DNA from: Candidatus Binatia bacterium
Lineage (GTDB): Bacteria; Desulfobacterota; Binatia; UBA9968; JAJDTQ01
Assembly: GCA_963666515.2 (NCBI GenBank)
Contig: OY762897.2
Location: forward strand, 4,288,001 to 4,352,000
Reading direction: 5' to 3'
Length of the DNA: 64,000 bases
Under the pieces are notes generated by a model. The model had not been told where the DNA came from, did not search any database, and was given only the letters and a program-made list of their open reading frames with translations. A program made the translations under genes and the position numbers. Position 1 is the stretch's first letter. Every line of letters begins with the position of its first letter. This document shows, in pieces, positions 9,980 through 20,396 of the stretch.

Positions 9980-10881
9980 GGCTTGACGTCCATGGCCGTG
10001 CGGAGGCCGTCGCTCAGGAGGTTGAAGCACACCGAGGCGACGAGGATCATCACGCCCGGCAGCACCGCGTTCACCGGCGCCAGGAAGATGGACTGGCGCA
10101 GCGTGTTCAGCATCAGCCCCCAGTCCGCCAGAGGCGGCGATATGCCGAGCCCCAGGAACGAAAGACCCGAGGCCAGCACGATGGAGAGCCCGATGAGGCT
10201 CGACGCGTAGGTGAGGATGGGGCTGGCGACGTTGGTCAGCACGTGCCCCACGATGATCCGGGGCGCGGACGCGCCGGTGGCGCGGGCGGCCTCGACGAAG
10301 TCCTGAGCGCGTATCTGCGTGGTGGCCGCCTCCGCCACCCGTGTGATGGGCGGGATGAAGACAAGCGAGAGCGATATCAGCACGTTGAACACCCCCGCGC
10401 CCAGGGCGCCGGCGAGGCCCACCGCCAGCAGCACCGACGGAAACGCGAAGAAGACGTCGGCCACGCGCATGATCACCATGTTGGTCTTGCCGCCGAAGTA
10501 GCCGGCGACGATGCCGAGGATGCTGCCCGCGAGGGTTGCGACGAGGATGGGCAGCAGGCCCATGAGGAGCGAGATGCGCCCGCCGTAGACCAGCCGGGTG
10601 AACATGTCGCGTCCGAGCTCGTCGGTGCCGAGGACGAACCCCGGTGTCAGGACCGGTTTCAGCCGGTTGACGATGCTGGAGGTATAGGGCTCATGGGGCG
10701 TGATCCAGGGCGCGAGGATCGCTGCGGCGATGATCACGGACAGGATGCCCAGGCAGCCCATGGACACCGGATCGTGCAGCAGCCGCCGGCGCGCCGCCTG
10801 CCAGTAGGTGCGCTGGATGCGCTTGTGCGGCTCGACGGTCCGGGCCGGCGCCTCGCCGGCATAGGTTGCTGGGGTGCTCAT
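9976..10881 (-). CDS. Peptide ABC importer permease (DppC-like)
   Basis: LGTDELGRD, EAARATGAS (EAA loop), LSFLGLG; start MSTPATY. Confidence 0.9.
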   Translation of the reverse strand: MSTPATYAGEAPARTVEPHKRIQRTYWQAARRRLLHDPVSMGCLGILSVIIAAAILAPWITPHEPYTSSIVNRLKPVLTPGFVLGTDELGRDMFTRLVYGGRISLLMGLLPILVATLAGSILGIVAGYFGGKTNMVIMRVADVFFAFPSVLLAVGLAGALGAGVFNVLISLSLVFIPPITRVAEAATTQIRAQDFVEAARATGASAPRIIVGHVLTNVASPILTYASSLIGLSIVLASGLSFLGLGISPPLADWGLMLNTLRQSIFLAPVNAVLPGVMILVASVCFNLLSDGLRTAMDVKP

Positions 10882-10898
10882 GTCTCTTGCTGCGCCCT

Positions 10899-11843
10899 TC
10901 ACTGCCGCGTCATGCGCGGGTCGAGAAACGGCTGCGCCAGGTCCACCAGGAAGTTCAACATCACGAAGAACGTGGCCAGCACCAGGATGGTGCCCTGAAG
11001 CACGGGGATGTCGCGGTAGGCGATGGCGTTGTTCAGGAGATAGCCGGTGCCGGGCCAGGCAAAGACCGTCTCCACCAGGATCGAGCCCCCCACCAGGTGA
11101 CCCAACTGGATGCCGATGATGGCCAGCACCGTCGGGGAGGCGTTCTTGATGACGTGGAGGAACGTCCGCCGGGGCGGCAGGCCGTTGGCCTGCAGCGTCT
11201 GGACGAATTCCTGCTTGCGCACGTCGATGACCGTCGCGCGCACGCTGCGGGCGATGATGCCCGTGGGGATGAGCGCCAGGGTGACCCCCGGCAGGATCAT
11301 GTGGCGGATGTCGTTCAGGCCGAAGCCGCCGCTGGGCGGCGCCTTGCCCATGGCCGGCAGAAGGCCTAAGGTCACCGCGAGGATGGCGATCAGCACCAGC
11401 CCGACCCAGTAGTGCGGCACCGACACGCCGATGATGGCCGTGGTGGTGATGGCCCGGTCGGTCACCAGCCGGCGCGTGTAGCCCGCCAGAAGGCCCAGGC
11501 CGATGCCGCCCAGGAGGCTCAGGCCGATGCCGAAGGCGGCGAGCTGGAACGTGTTGACCATGGCCGGGACGATCTCGTCCAGCACCGGCCGGTTGGCCAC
11601 CTGCGACAGCCCCAGATCGCCGCTCAGCACGTTGAAGAGCCACAGCAGGTACTGCACCGGCACCGGCTTGTCGAAGCCGTAGGAGCGCTTGATCTGCTCG
11701 ATGACCTGGTCGGAAGCGAACTCCGGCATGACGGCCGTCAGCGGGTCGCCGGGCGCCAGATGGAGCAATGAAAAGCAGACGATGGATACGCCGAGCAGAA
11801 TCGGCAGGACGTACGCCAACCGCCGCAGGACATACCAGAGCAT
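10899..11843 (-). CDS. Peptide ABC importer permease (DppB-like)
   Basis: PGDP, GDLGLS, ETVFAWPG, RDIPVLQG, LDPR. Confidence 0.92.
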   Translation of the reverse strand: MLWYVLRRLAYVLPILLGVSIVCFSLLHLAPGDPLTAVMPEFASDQVIEQIKRSYGFDKPVPVQYLLWLFNVLSGDLGLSQVANRPVLDEIVPAMVNTFQLAAFGIGLSLLGGIGLGLLAGYTRRLVTDRAITTTAIIGVSVPHYWVGLVLIAILAVTLGLLPAMGKAPPSGGFGLNDIRHMILPGVTLALIPTGIIARSVRATVIDVRKQEFVQTLQANGLPPRRTFLHVIKNASPTVLAIIGIQLGHLVGGSILVETVFAWPGTGYLLNNAIAYRDIPVLQGTILVLATFFVMLNFLVDLAQPFLDPRMTRQ

Positions 11844-11884
11844 TGGCTACGCGTCCAAGGTCCGTGTCGTGTCCCGTGCCGGAA

Positions 11885-11908
11885 ATCCGCGCATTTCGAT
11901 GCGCGGAT
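11885..11908. promoter_or_regulatory. Intercistronic hairpin after the substrate-binding gene (probable mRNA stabiliser or attenuator)
   Basis: atccgcgcat-ttcg-atgcgcggat, with further pairing in the flanks. Confidence 0.5.
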
Positions 11909-11926
11909 TCCGGGACGGAACACTCA

Positions 11927-13657
11927 CTACCTCTCGATACGGATCCGCGTGAAGTCCTGGAACCAGCTCTGCGCCTGGATGAACCCCTTGACGTGGGCGG
12001 CCAGTCCGCGGGGATTCATGTCGTGCACCACCCACACCCACACCGCGTTGTCCACCAGGTAGGAGTGCAGCTCGCCGAGACGCTTGTTCTGTTCCTTGGT
12101 CTCGAAGGCGTCCAGCGCGTTCCGCGCGAGCTGGTCCGCCTTGGCGTCGGCGAAGTGGCCCCAGTTGTAGCCCTTGACGCGGTTCTCGCTGTGATAGGTC
12201 TGGCCGATGAGGCCGAATACCGGGTACTGGATCGACCAACTGTAGTTGATGGCGTCCACGCCCTTGTTGAGGTCTCCTTCGGCGCCCGCGAACCGCCTTG
12301 AGCGCAGGGCTTCCCAGTCCACGGTCGAGAGGGACATGTTGATGCCCACCTCGCGGAAGTTCTCCTGGATGAACTCGTTCATGGGCAGCGGCTGCATCTG
12401 GCCGGAACCCGCCGCGGACATCGTGACGTTGACCTTGACCGGGTTGCTCTTGCTGTAGCCCGCCTCCGCCATGAGCTTCCGCGCGCCGTCCGGGTCGTAC
12501 TTGACCTTGAAGGTGGGGTTGCCGAACCAGGGATGGTCCGGGGTCACCATGCCCTGCGCCGGCACGGCCAGGCCGCCCAGGAACTTCGTCAGGGTTTCCC
12601 GGTCGATGGCCAGGTTGGCGGCCTTGCGGATGCGGATGTCGCTGAAGGGCGAGCTCTTCAGGTGGCTCACCATGTACGGCCAGATGTGCGGGTAGACGTT
12701 GGTGGTCACCTGCATGCCGGCCCCCTTCACCGTGGGAACGGCGTCCGGCGGCAGCGCCTCCACCAGGTCCACCTGGCCGGACAGCAGCGCCGACACCCGC
12801 GTGTTGGCGTCGGGCATGGGGCGCAGCACCATGCGGTCGTGCTGCGGCACCATGGACTTGTTCCAGTAGTCGGCGTTCCGCACCAGCTCGGCGCGGTTGC
12901 GCGGCACCAGCAGCACCAGCTTGTAGGGTCCCGTGCCGGACGGCGCGAAGGCGACCTTGGTCCAGTCGCGCCCGAGCTTCTCCCACTGCCGCGGGCTGGA
13001 GTAGAAGATGTTCACCAGCTCGTAGAGCAGGGTGCCGTTGGGCCTCTTCGTGGTGACTTCCAGGGTGAAGTCGTCGATGGCCTTGGCGCTCTTTACGCTG
13101 ACCAGCCAGTTGGCGGCGTTCCGCGCCTGAAGCCGGTCGTAGTGCGCCGCGTTCGGGTTCATGGACTTCTCGAAGTTCCACAGGACGTCGTGCGCCGTGA
13201 ACTGGCTGCCGTCGTGGAACTTGACGTCGTTGCGCAGTTTGAAGGTCCAGCGGTTGCGGTTCTTGGGGTCCACCGACCAGCTCGTGGCGAGGTTGGGGAG
13301 CAGCCCCGAAGGCTTGTCCGCCTGGGAGAGATCCCACGTCAACAGCGCGTCGTAGATGGACCGGTTGATGAACCGGCCGCCCTCGGCGCCGCCGCTTGCC
13401 TGCCCGGTGGTGACCGGGATGTCGGACAAGGTCATGGCGATGCGGAGCACCTTCTCGCCGCTCTGGCCATAGGCCATGCCCCCAGGCCAGGCGAGCGCTC
13501 CCGCGCCCACCGCCATCATCTTGAGCAGCGTCCGCCGCTGCAGGGTCCCGTCGATCACGCCGGTGAAGTCCGATGATGCAGGTTCCGGTGAGACGACGGC
13601 CATCGACTCTCTGTCACGCAGTGAAGCCATGGTCGATCCTCCTTTATGGCCTGACAC
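11927..13657 (-). CDS. ABC family-5 substrate-binding protein, probable Tat substrate
   Basis: RRTLLK plus hydrophobic signal, FKLRNDVKFHDG, GTGPYKL; exact start uncertain. Confidence 0.9.
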   Translation of the reverse strand: MSGHKGGSTMASLRDRESMAVVSPEPASSDFTGVIDGTLQRRTLLKMMAVGAGALAWPGGMAYGQSGEKVLRIAMTLSDIPVTTGQASGGAEGGRFINRSIYDALLTWDLSQADKPSGLLPNLATSWSVDPKNRNRWTFKLRNDVKFHDGSQFTAHDVLWNFEKSMNPNAAHYDRLQARNAANWLVSVKSAKAIDDFTLEVTTKRPNGTLLYELVNIFYSSPRQWEKLGRDWTKVAFAPSGTGPYKLVLLVPRNRAELVRNADYWNKSMVPQHDRMVLRPMPDANTRVSALLSGQVDLVEALPPDAVPTVKGAGMQVTTNVYPHIWPYMVSHLKSSPFSDIRIRKAANLAIDRETLTKFLGGLAVPAQGMVTPDHPWFGNPTFKVKYDPDGARKLMAEAGYSKSNPVKVNVTMSAAGSGQMQPLPMNEFIQENFREVGINMSLSTVDWEALRSRRFAGAEGDLNKGVDAINYSWSIQYPVFGLIGQTYHSENRVKGYNWGHFADAKADQLARNALDAFETKEQNKRLGELHSYLVDNAVWVWVVHDMNPRGLAAHVKGFIQAQSWFQDFTRIRIER

Positions 13658-13740
13658 GATATGAACACCCTGTGATATCGACTGCGGCCATCATACTCCG
13701 ATGGGGAGGGCGGTCAAGGGAGTTTTGAGGGGGCTCGCGG

Positions 13741-14643
13741 CTATCTTTGCTTCGGATCCAGCGCGTCGCGCAGGCCGTCGCCGAGGAAGTTGAGGCTGAA
13801 GAGGGTGGCGGCGAGGAAGGTGGCGGGGAAGACGAGGGTCCAGGGCTGGGTTTCCATTTGGGTGGCGCCTTCGCTGATGAGGACGCCCCAGCTCGTCATG
13901 GGCTCCTGGATGCCCAGGCCGAGGAAGCTCAGGAAGCTCTCGAAGAGGATGGCGCGGGGGACGGTGAGGGTGGCGAAGACCGCCACGGGGCCGACGACGT
14001 TGGGGATCACGTGGCGCAGGACGATCCACGCCGGCGCGGCGCCCATGGCCCGGGCGGCCTCGACGAACTCCCGGCGTTTGATGGAGAGGGTCTCGCCGCG
14101 CACGATGCGCGCCATGTCGAGCCATTCCACCATGCCGATGGCGACGAAGATCAGCACCACGTGGCGGCCGAAGTAGACCATCAGCAGGATCACGAAGAAC
14201 ATGAAGGGCAGGGCGTAGAGGATGTCCACGAACCGCATCATCAGCGAGTCGGTGACCCCGCCGAAGTAGCCGGAGACCGTGCCCCAGGCGACGCCCACGA
14301 GGACGCTCACCACCGACGCCGCGAGCCCTACCGACAGCGAGATGCGTCCGGCGTAGAGCGTGCGCAGGAACAGGTCCCGGCCGTTGGCGTCGGTGCCGAA
14401 CGGGTGTCCCCCGGCCAGGGTGGGGCCGGTGCCGATGGCGTCCCAGAAGATATCGTCGATGGCGTAGGGCGAGAGCATCGGGACGGCCACCGAGAGGACG
14501 GCGAGGACGCCGAGCGTGGCAAGGCCCGCCATGGCGGCGCGGTGCCGCCCGATCTGGGCCGCGGCGTCGCGCCAGGGGCTGCGGCCGCCGTCGGCCCGAC
14601 GGCTCCGGGTTCCCGTTCCCGGCTCGATCATGCCGCACCCCAC
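13741..14643 (-). CDS. oppC: Oligopeptide ABC permease OppC
   Basis: FGTDANGRDL, EAARAMGA, ESFLSFLGLGIQEPMTSWG. Confidence 0.88.
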   Translation of the reverse strand: MGCGMIEPGTGTRSRRADGGRSPWRDAAAQIGRHRAAMAGLATLGVLAVLSVAVPMLSPYAIDDIFWDAIGTGPTLAGGHPFGTDANGRDLFLRTLYAGRISLSVGLAASVVSVLVGVAWGTVSGYFGGVTDSLMMRFVDILYALPFMFFVILLMVYFGRHVVLIFVAIGMVEWLDMARIVRGETLSIKRREFVEAARAMGAAPAWIVLRHVIPNVVGPVAVFATLTVPRAILFESFLSFLGLGIQEPMTSWGVLISEGATQMETQPWTLVFPATFLAATLFSLNFLGDGLRDALDPKQR

Positions 14644-14658
14644 GGCAGGTTCATATCG

Positions 14659-15585
14659 CTATCCATGAGACCGCACCCGCGGGTCCAGGACGCCGTAGAG
14701 CAGATCCACTACCAGGTTGAGCGCGATGATGAGGGCGCCGTAGGTGACCACGACGCCCATGACCAGGGTGTAGTCGCGGTTGAGGGCGCCCTGGACGAAG
14801 TAGCGGCCGAGGCCGGGGATGCCGAAGATCTGCTCGATCACCACCGAGCCGGTGACGATGGCCGCGGTGGCCGGTCCGAGGTAGGAGACCACCGGCGTCA
14901 GCGCGTTCTTGAGGGCGTGGCGGAAGACGACGCGCCGTTCCGTGAGCCCCTTGGCGCGGCCGGTGCGGATGAAGTCGGCGTTCAGCACCTCGATCATGCT
15001 GCCGCGTGACAGCCGCGCGATGTAGGCCACCTGGGGCAGCGCCAGGGAAATCACCGGCAGCAGCAGGTGGCGGATGCCGCCGTCGCCCAGGCCGCCCACG
15101 GGCAGGAGGTTCAGGTACACGCCGATGACCAGCGACAGCAGCGGCGCCACCACGAAGTTGGGGACCGCGATGCCGGTCATGGCCACCCCCATGACCAGGT
15201 GGTCCGCCAGCGAGTTGCGCCGCTGCGCGGCCCAGGCGCCGAGGCCGACCCCGAAAAGCACCGCCGCGGCCATGGCCAGCACGCCGATCTTGAGCGACAC
15301 CGGGAACCCGGCGGCGATCAGCTCGGTGACGGTGAAGTCGCGGTACTTGAAGGACGGGCCGAAGTCACCCCGGGCAAGGCCCTTGAGGTAGCGGACGAAC
15401 TGTTGCGGCAGGGGCTCGTCGAGGTGGTAGACGCGGTTCAGGTTGGCCGAGATCTCGGGCGGGACCACCCGCTCCCGGTCGAAGGGTCCGCCCGGCGCCA
15501 GCCGGATCATGAAGAACGCGATGGCGATGATGATGAACAGCGTCGGCACCGCCGACGCCAGCCGCCGTATCACATAGGTCCACAA
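14659..15585 (-). CDS. oppB: Oligopeptide ABC permease OppB
   Basis: RLAPGGPFD, GDFGPSFKY, EQIFGIPGLGRYFVQGALNRDY. Confidence 0.9.
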   Translation of the reverse strand: MWTYVIRRLASAVPTLFIIIAIAFFMIRLAPGGPFDRERVVPPEISANLNRVYHLDEPLPQQFVRYLKGLARGDFGPSFKYRDFTVTELIAAGFPVSLKIGVLAMAAAVLFGVGLGAWAAQRRNSLADHLVMGVAMTGIAVPNFVVAPLLSLVIGVYLNLLPVGGLGDGGIRHLLLPVISLALPQVAYIARLSRGSMIEVLNADFIRTGRAKGLTERRVVFRHALKNALTPVVSYLGPATAAIVTGSVVIEQIFGIPGLGRYFVQGALNRDYTLVMGVVVTYGALIIALNLVVDLLYGVLDPRVRSHG

Positions 15586-15640
15586 GGGAGGTCCACGAGG
15601 TCTGGCGGGCCGCGCGCGGGGGAACCCGGGGTCCCGCCGG

Positions 15641-17278
15641 TCAGGGCGCCAGCGACAGGTGCCGGGTCGGGTGCACGTCCATCACGTTGTCCACCCACCC
15701 CTTGACCCGCGGGCTCACCAGGTGCTGGGTCGTGTAGTGGTAGATGGGGATGATGGGCATGTCCTTCAGGAGAATGCTCTCCGCCTTCTGCATGAGCTGC
15801 GCCCGAACTTCCAGGTCGGCTTCCGTCTCCGCCTTCCGCATGAGGGCGTCGTACTCGGGGTTGGCGTATCCCGCGGGGTTCATGGAGCCCACGGCGCCCT
15901 TGAGCAGCTCCAGGAAGGTGTTGGCGTCGTTGTAGTCGCCGATCCAGCCGGCCCGGAGCACGTCGAACTGCATGGCGCGCCGGGTCGTGAGGTAGACCTT
16001 CCATTCCTGGTTGAACAGCTCCGTACGGACGCCCAGGGCCTTTTTCCACATGCCCGATATGGCGATGGCGATGCGCTTGTGGTTGTCGCTGGTGTTGTAC
16101 AGGATCTGCACCTTCAGCGGGTTGTCCCTGGAGTAGCCGGCTTCGGCGTAGAGCTTCTTCGCACGGGCCAAGCGCTCGGCCTTGGAAAGGCCCGCCCACG
16201 GAACCTTCGCGCCGGCGTACTGGTTCACGCCCGGAGGCACCCAGGCGTACGCGGGGATCTCGCCCCCCTTGGTGACCTTGCCGGTGAGGATTTCCCGGTC
16301 GATGGTCATGGCCAGCGCGTTGCGGAGCCCCGGCCGGTCGCGGAACGGCGCCTTGGTCAGGTTGAGGGCGTAGTAGTAGGTGCCGAGATAGGCGGTGTTG
16401 CGGAATTGCCCGGCGAGGTTCTTCTCCACCCACGCAATCTGGTCGGGGGGCACGTCATAGGTGACGTCCAGCTCGCCGCTCCGGAACCGCTTCAGCTCGG
16501 TGCTCGTGTCCTCGGTGGGGTGGAACACCACCGCGTCGAGGCGCAGGTTGGCGGCGTCCCAGTAGTGCGGGTTGCGCTCCAGGCGGATGTGGCTCTGGGG
16601 CACCCATTCGGCCAGGCGGTAGGCGCCGTTGGAGACCATGTTGCCGGCGCGGGTCCACTTGTCGCCGTGGCGCTCTAGGGTCCCGGGATGCACGGGGTAG
16701 GCGTGCGGGTGCGTGAGCATGCCGATGAAGTAGGGCGTCGGCGCCTTGAGGGTCACCTTCAGGGTGTGCGCGTCCACGGCCTCCACACCGAGCCGGTCCA
16801 GCTCCTTGATCGTGCCCTTGGTGATCTCCTCGCCGTTGGCGATGGGCCAGAGGATGAAGGCGTAACCCGAGCCCACCGCCGGATCCACGCCCCGCCTCAG
16901 CGCGAAGACGAAGTCGTGAGCGGTCACCGGATCGCCGTTGGACCACTTGGCGTTTTTGCGGAGACGGAACGTGTACACCTTGCCGTCGTCGCTCAGGGTC
17001 CAGCTCTCCGCCACCCCCGGGATGTGCGAGCCGTCCGCGGCTTCCGCCACCAGGCCCTCGAAGAGGTCGCGCTGGATGCCGGCCGCGGGAACGCCCGACG
17101 ACTTGTGCACGTCCAGGGTTTCCGGCTCCGCGCCGTTGCCCCGCTGGAGCGTGTTTCCGGCCGCGTGGGCGGGGGGAGCGCCGAGCGACAGCGCCGCGAG
17201 GAGGGCGGCGGCCAGCGTCGTGACGGCGAGCGTGCAGGCGAACGTTCCGAGGCGGTGTCTCGCAGGCGGTTCATGCAT
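15641..17278 (-). CDS. oppA: Oligopeptide-binding protein OppA
   Basis: Signal peptide, GNGAEPETLD, FRLRKNAKWSNGDPVTAHDF, RAGWIGDYND. Confidence 0.9.
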   Translation of the reverse strand: MHEPPARHRLGTFACTLAVTTLAAALLAALSLGAPPAHAAGNTLQRGNGAEPETLDVHKSSGVPAAGIQRDLFEGLVAEAADGSHIPGVAESWTLSDDGKVYTFRLRKNAKWSNGDPVTAHDFVFALRRGVDPAVGSGYAFILWPIANGEEITKGTIKELDRLGVEAVDAHTLKVTLKAPTPYFIGMLTHPHAYPVHPGTLERHGDKWTRAGNMVSNGAYRLAEWVPQSHIRLERNPHYWDAANLRLDAVVFHPTEDTSTELKRFRSGELDVTYDVPPDQIAWVEKNLAGQFRNTAYLGTYYYALNLTKAPFRDRPGLRNALAMTIDREILTGKVTKGGEIPAYAWVPPGVNQYAGAKVPWAGLSKAERLARAKKLYAEAGYSRDNPLKVQILYNTSDNHKRIAIAISGMWKKALGVRTELFNQEWKVYLTTRRAMQFDVLRAGWIGDYNDANTFLELLKGAVGSMNPAGYANPEYDALMRKAETEADLEVRAQLMQKAESILLKDMPIIPIYHYTTQHLVSPRVKGWVDNVMDVHPTRHLSLAP

Positions 17279-17599
17279 GTCAGGAGCCTCCCGTGGATTC
17301 GGTTCGATCGAGGGCCAGTCTCTATCGAAAGGCTAACACAGCGCCCTCCGGCCGTCCACGCGAGGCCCCGCAACGCACGGTGACGGCCCGTCGGTTCCGT
17401 GCGCGCGGATCGGGCGCGCTTGACAAGCCGCCTGCGTATCGAGTCTAATGCCTCATTCATACCAACGGTTTTTCTACCGTCTTGTGCCCGCCATCGCCCC
17501 GGCCAATGCGGATACGGTGTCCGCCGCCATCCCGCTCCACACGTCAGAGGGTCACATGGGGCTCCCTTTCAGGCGACAACCAAGCCAGTGGAGACAACC

Positions 17600-19198
17600 A
17601 TGCATCATGATTCACGGCAGTCCAGTTACAAGCTCGGTCAGGACAACATCACCCCCTTCGGACTCGACATCCACAATCCGGTATTCCTGATCTCCGGCCT
17701 CACCATCGTCCTGTTCATCCTTTACGCGCTGATGCTCCAGGAGCACGCCGCGGCCCTTTTCGGCTGGCTGCGTCCGGCCATCACCAGCACCTTCGACTGG
17801 TTCTTCCTGTTGAGCGGCAACCTGTTCGTGATCTTCGCCCTGCTGTTGATCTTCCTGCCCGTCGGCAAGGTCCGCCTCGGCGGCCAGGACGCCACCCCGG
17901 ACTTCAGCTACAGCGGCTGGTTCGCCATGCTGTTCGCCGCCGGCATGGGCATCGGGCTCATGTACTTCGGCGTCTCCGAGCCGCTGTCGCACTACGCGTC
18001 GTCCCTGGGCGGCACCGCGGTGGAGAACGGCGCGCGCACCGACTGGGCGCCGCTGGGCGCCGCCGCCGGCAGCGCCGCGGACGCGCGCGACCTGGCCATG
18101 GCCGCGACCATCTTCCACTGGGGGCTGCACCCGTGGGCGATCTACGCGGTGGTGGCCCTGGCGCTGGCGTTCTTCGCCTACAACCACAACCTGCCGCTGA
18201 CCCTGCGCTCGGCGTTCTACCCGATCCTGGGCGATCGGGTGTGGGGCTGGTGGGGGCACGTGGTGGATACGCTGGCGGTGTTCGCGACCCTGTTCGGTCT
18301 CGCCACCTCGCTCGGCTTCGGCACCATGCAGGCGCTGGCGGGCTTCAACCACCTGTACGGCTGGGGCACCGGCGCGGTGGCCATCGTGGTGCTCATCACC
18401 GTCATCACCGCCACCGCCCTCGTCTCGGTGCTGCGCGGCCTCGACGGCGGCGTCAAGGTGCTGTCCGAGGTCAATATGGTGCTGGCCTTCCTGCTGCTGA
18501 TGGTGATCATCTTCGTCGGCCCCACCCTGGATATTTTCGCCACCGCGGTGAGCGGCGGCATCGCCTACCTGAAGGAGTTGATCCCGCTGTCGAACCCCTT
18601 CGGCCGCGACGACTCCAACTTCGTCCAGGGCTGGACCTCGTTCTACTGGGCCTGGTGGATCTCCTGGTCGCCCTTCGTCGGCATGTTCATCGCCCGGGTC
18701 TCGCGCGGCCGCACGGTGCGCGAGTTCGTGATCTGCGTGATCCTGATACCGACCGTGGTGTGCACCCTGTGGATGGCCGCGTTCGGCGGCACGGCGATCT
18801 CTCAGGTCATCGCCGACCCGGCGACGTCGGTGGCCAAGGCGGCCCAGGAGGTCAAGCTGTTCGTGATGGCCGAGCAGTTCCCGCTCGCCGGAGTGCTCTC
18901 GTTCATCGGCATCGTCCTGGTGCTGGTGTTCTTCGTCACCTCGTCGGATTCGGGCTCGCTGGTGATCGACACCATCACCGCGGGCGGCAAGACCGAGGCG
19001 CCCAAGAGCCAGCGGGTGTTCTGGGCCACTTTCGAGGGCGTGGTGGCGGCGGTGTTGCTGCTGGTGGGCGGGGCCGAAGCCCTGGGCGCGCTGCAGGCCA
19101 TGACGGTCTCCACCGGACTGCCGTTCACCGTCGTGCTGCTGGCCATGTGCTACAGCACCTGGGTGGGCCTGCAGGCGGCCTCGAAGCAGCTCAGGTAG
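17600..19198 (+). CDS. BCCT family transporter, BetP-like (probably glycine betaine)
   Basis: AAGMGIG, FHWGLHPWAIY, WTSFYWAWWISWSPFVGMFIAR, TSSDS. Confidence 0.9.
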   Translation: MHHDSRQSSYKLGQDNITPFGLDIHNPVFLISGLTIVLFILYALMLQEHAAALFGWLRPAITSTFDWFFLLSGNLFVIFALLLIFLPVGKVRLGGQDATPDFSYSGWFAMLFAAGMGIGLMYFGVSEPLSHYASSLGGTAVENGARTDWAPLGAAAGSAADARDLAMAATIFHWGLHPWAIYAVVALALAFFAYNHNLPLTLRSAFYPILGDRVWGWWGHVVDTLAVFATLFGLATSLGFGTMQALAGFNHLYGWGTGAVAIVVLITVITATALVSVLRGLDGGVKVLSEVNMVLAFLLLMVIIFVGPTLDIFATAVSGGIAYLKELIPLSNPFGRDDSNFVQGWTSFYWAWWISWSPFVGMFIARVSRGRTVREFVICVILIPTVVCTLWMAAFGGTAISQVIADPATSVAKAAQEVKLFVMAEQFPLAGVLSFIGIVLVLVFFVTSSDSGSLVIDTITAGGKTEAPKSQRVFWATFEGVVAAVLLLVGGAEALGALQAMTVSTGLPFTVVLLAMCYSTWVGLQAASKQLR

Positions 19199-19261
19199 GC
19201 TGGCGCGCAGACGGACCGCGGCCGCCCCATGACGGGAGGCCGCGGTCGAGCCGCGTCCCGT

Positions 19262-20077
19262 TCAGAAGCTGGCCGCCGCCGGCTTGGGCGTTCCCGGAAA
19301 CAGCCCGTGCCGGGTGAGGAACTCGATCATGAAGCGGTCGAACAGCCACGGCTGCTCGATCTGGCAGGCGTGCCCGGCGCCGGGCAGCACCTTCATCTCA
19401 CAGCCGGGTATGCGCTCCTGCAGCGCCGCCGCGGTCGGGTGGGAATTGTCCTCGCTGCCGCTGAGGATGACGACTGGGCAGGCGATGCCCGAGTGATGGC
19501 CCTCGGGCTCCGGTTTCTGCATCGCCCGGAACTGGTGCAGGATCGTCTCCACGTCGGCGAAGTCATTGCGCTCCGCGAACAGGTTGGCGAAGAAATGCGC
19601 CAGCGGCGTCGCGCGAAACGCCGGGCTCAGGTCCTCGAACGTGTACGCCCAGCGATAGCCGATGCCCTTTTCGCCATAGGCCGCGATGCGCCGCTTCGCG
19701 AACTCTTTCTCGGGCGTGTACCCGGTCCCCGACAGGATCATCGCCGCGGTCCGGTCCGGGCGCTGGTGATACATGTACGGGCTGATGGAAGACCCCACCG
19801 AGCACCCCACCAGGACCGCGGTCTCTCCGGGCAGCGCGTCGTCGATGGCCTCCCAGCACGCCTCCGCCATGTCATCCATGGTCAGCCCGGCGGCGGCCTT
19901 GGGCGATCGCCCGTACCCCGGAATGTCGATGGCGATGCACCGGTACCAGGTCGACAGGTGCGCCATCTGGAAGATCCAGCACGACTGGTCCATCGGGTTC
20001 GGATGGATGAACGCCATCACCGGCCCCGTGCGCCCCATGCGCTCGTAGTAGAGCGGTCCTTCGATGTGGTTCGCCAT
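19262..20077 (-). CDS. Alpha/beta-fold hydrolase
   Basis: DIPGYGRS, GCSVG nucleophile elbow, AGH near the C-terminus. Confidence 0.85.
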   Translation of the reverse strand: MANHIEGPLYYERMGRTGPVMAFIHPNPMDQSCWIFQMAHLSTWYRCIAIDIPGYGRSPKAAAGLTMDDMAEACWEAIDDALPGETAVLVGCSVGSSISPYMYHQRPDRTAAMILSGTGYTPEKEFAKRRIAAYGEKGIGYRWAYTFEDLSPAFRATPLAHFFANLFAERNDFADVETILHQFRAMQKPEPEGHHSGIACPVVILSGSEDNSHPTAAALQERIPGCEMKVLPGAGHACQIEQPWLFDRFMIEFLTRHGLFPGTPKPAAASF

Positions 20078-20123
20078 GTCAAGCCTCCTTCTTTATGGTT
20101 CAGTACCTTGCGTTGATTTCCCT

Positions 20124-20146
20124 TGACCAGTCATATAGTCTGGTCA
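20124..20146. promoter_or_regulatory. Inverted-repeat operator of the phd-vapC promoter
   Basis: tgaccag-N9-ctggtca ending just before the ATG at 20148; encloses a TATAGT -10-like box, so the mRNA may be leaderless. Confidence 0.55.
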
Positions 20147-20147
20147 C

Positions 20148-20396
20148 ATGAGAGAAATCAATGCCTCGGAATTCAAGGCAAAATGCTTGGCCATCCTCGA
20201 TGAAGTCGTACAGACGGGACAGGCGGTTACGATCCTGAAACGCGGCAAGCCGGTGGCCCAGCTCGTCCCGCCGGTCCCCAGGCAGCACCGCTACCCGCAG
20301 CATGCGCTCTTTGGAACGGTGGAGGTGCACGGAGATATCGTGGGGCCGGTCCTGGATGCCGACTTCTGGGAGGCCGAGGCGGGGAAGACGGGGTGA
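20148..20396 (+). CDS. Phd/YefM family antitoxin
   Basis: MREINASEFKAKCLAILDEV...VTILKRGKPVAQLVP. Confidence 0.9.
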   Translation: MREINASEFKAKCLAILDEVVQTGQAVTILKRGKPVAQLVPPVPRQHRYPQHALFGTVEVHGDIVGPVLDADFWEAEAGKTG

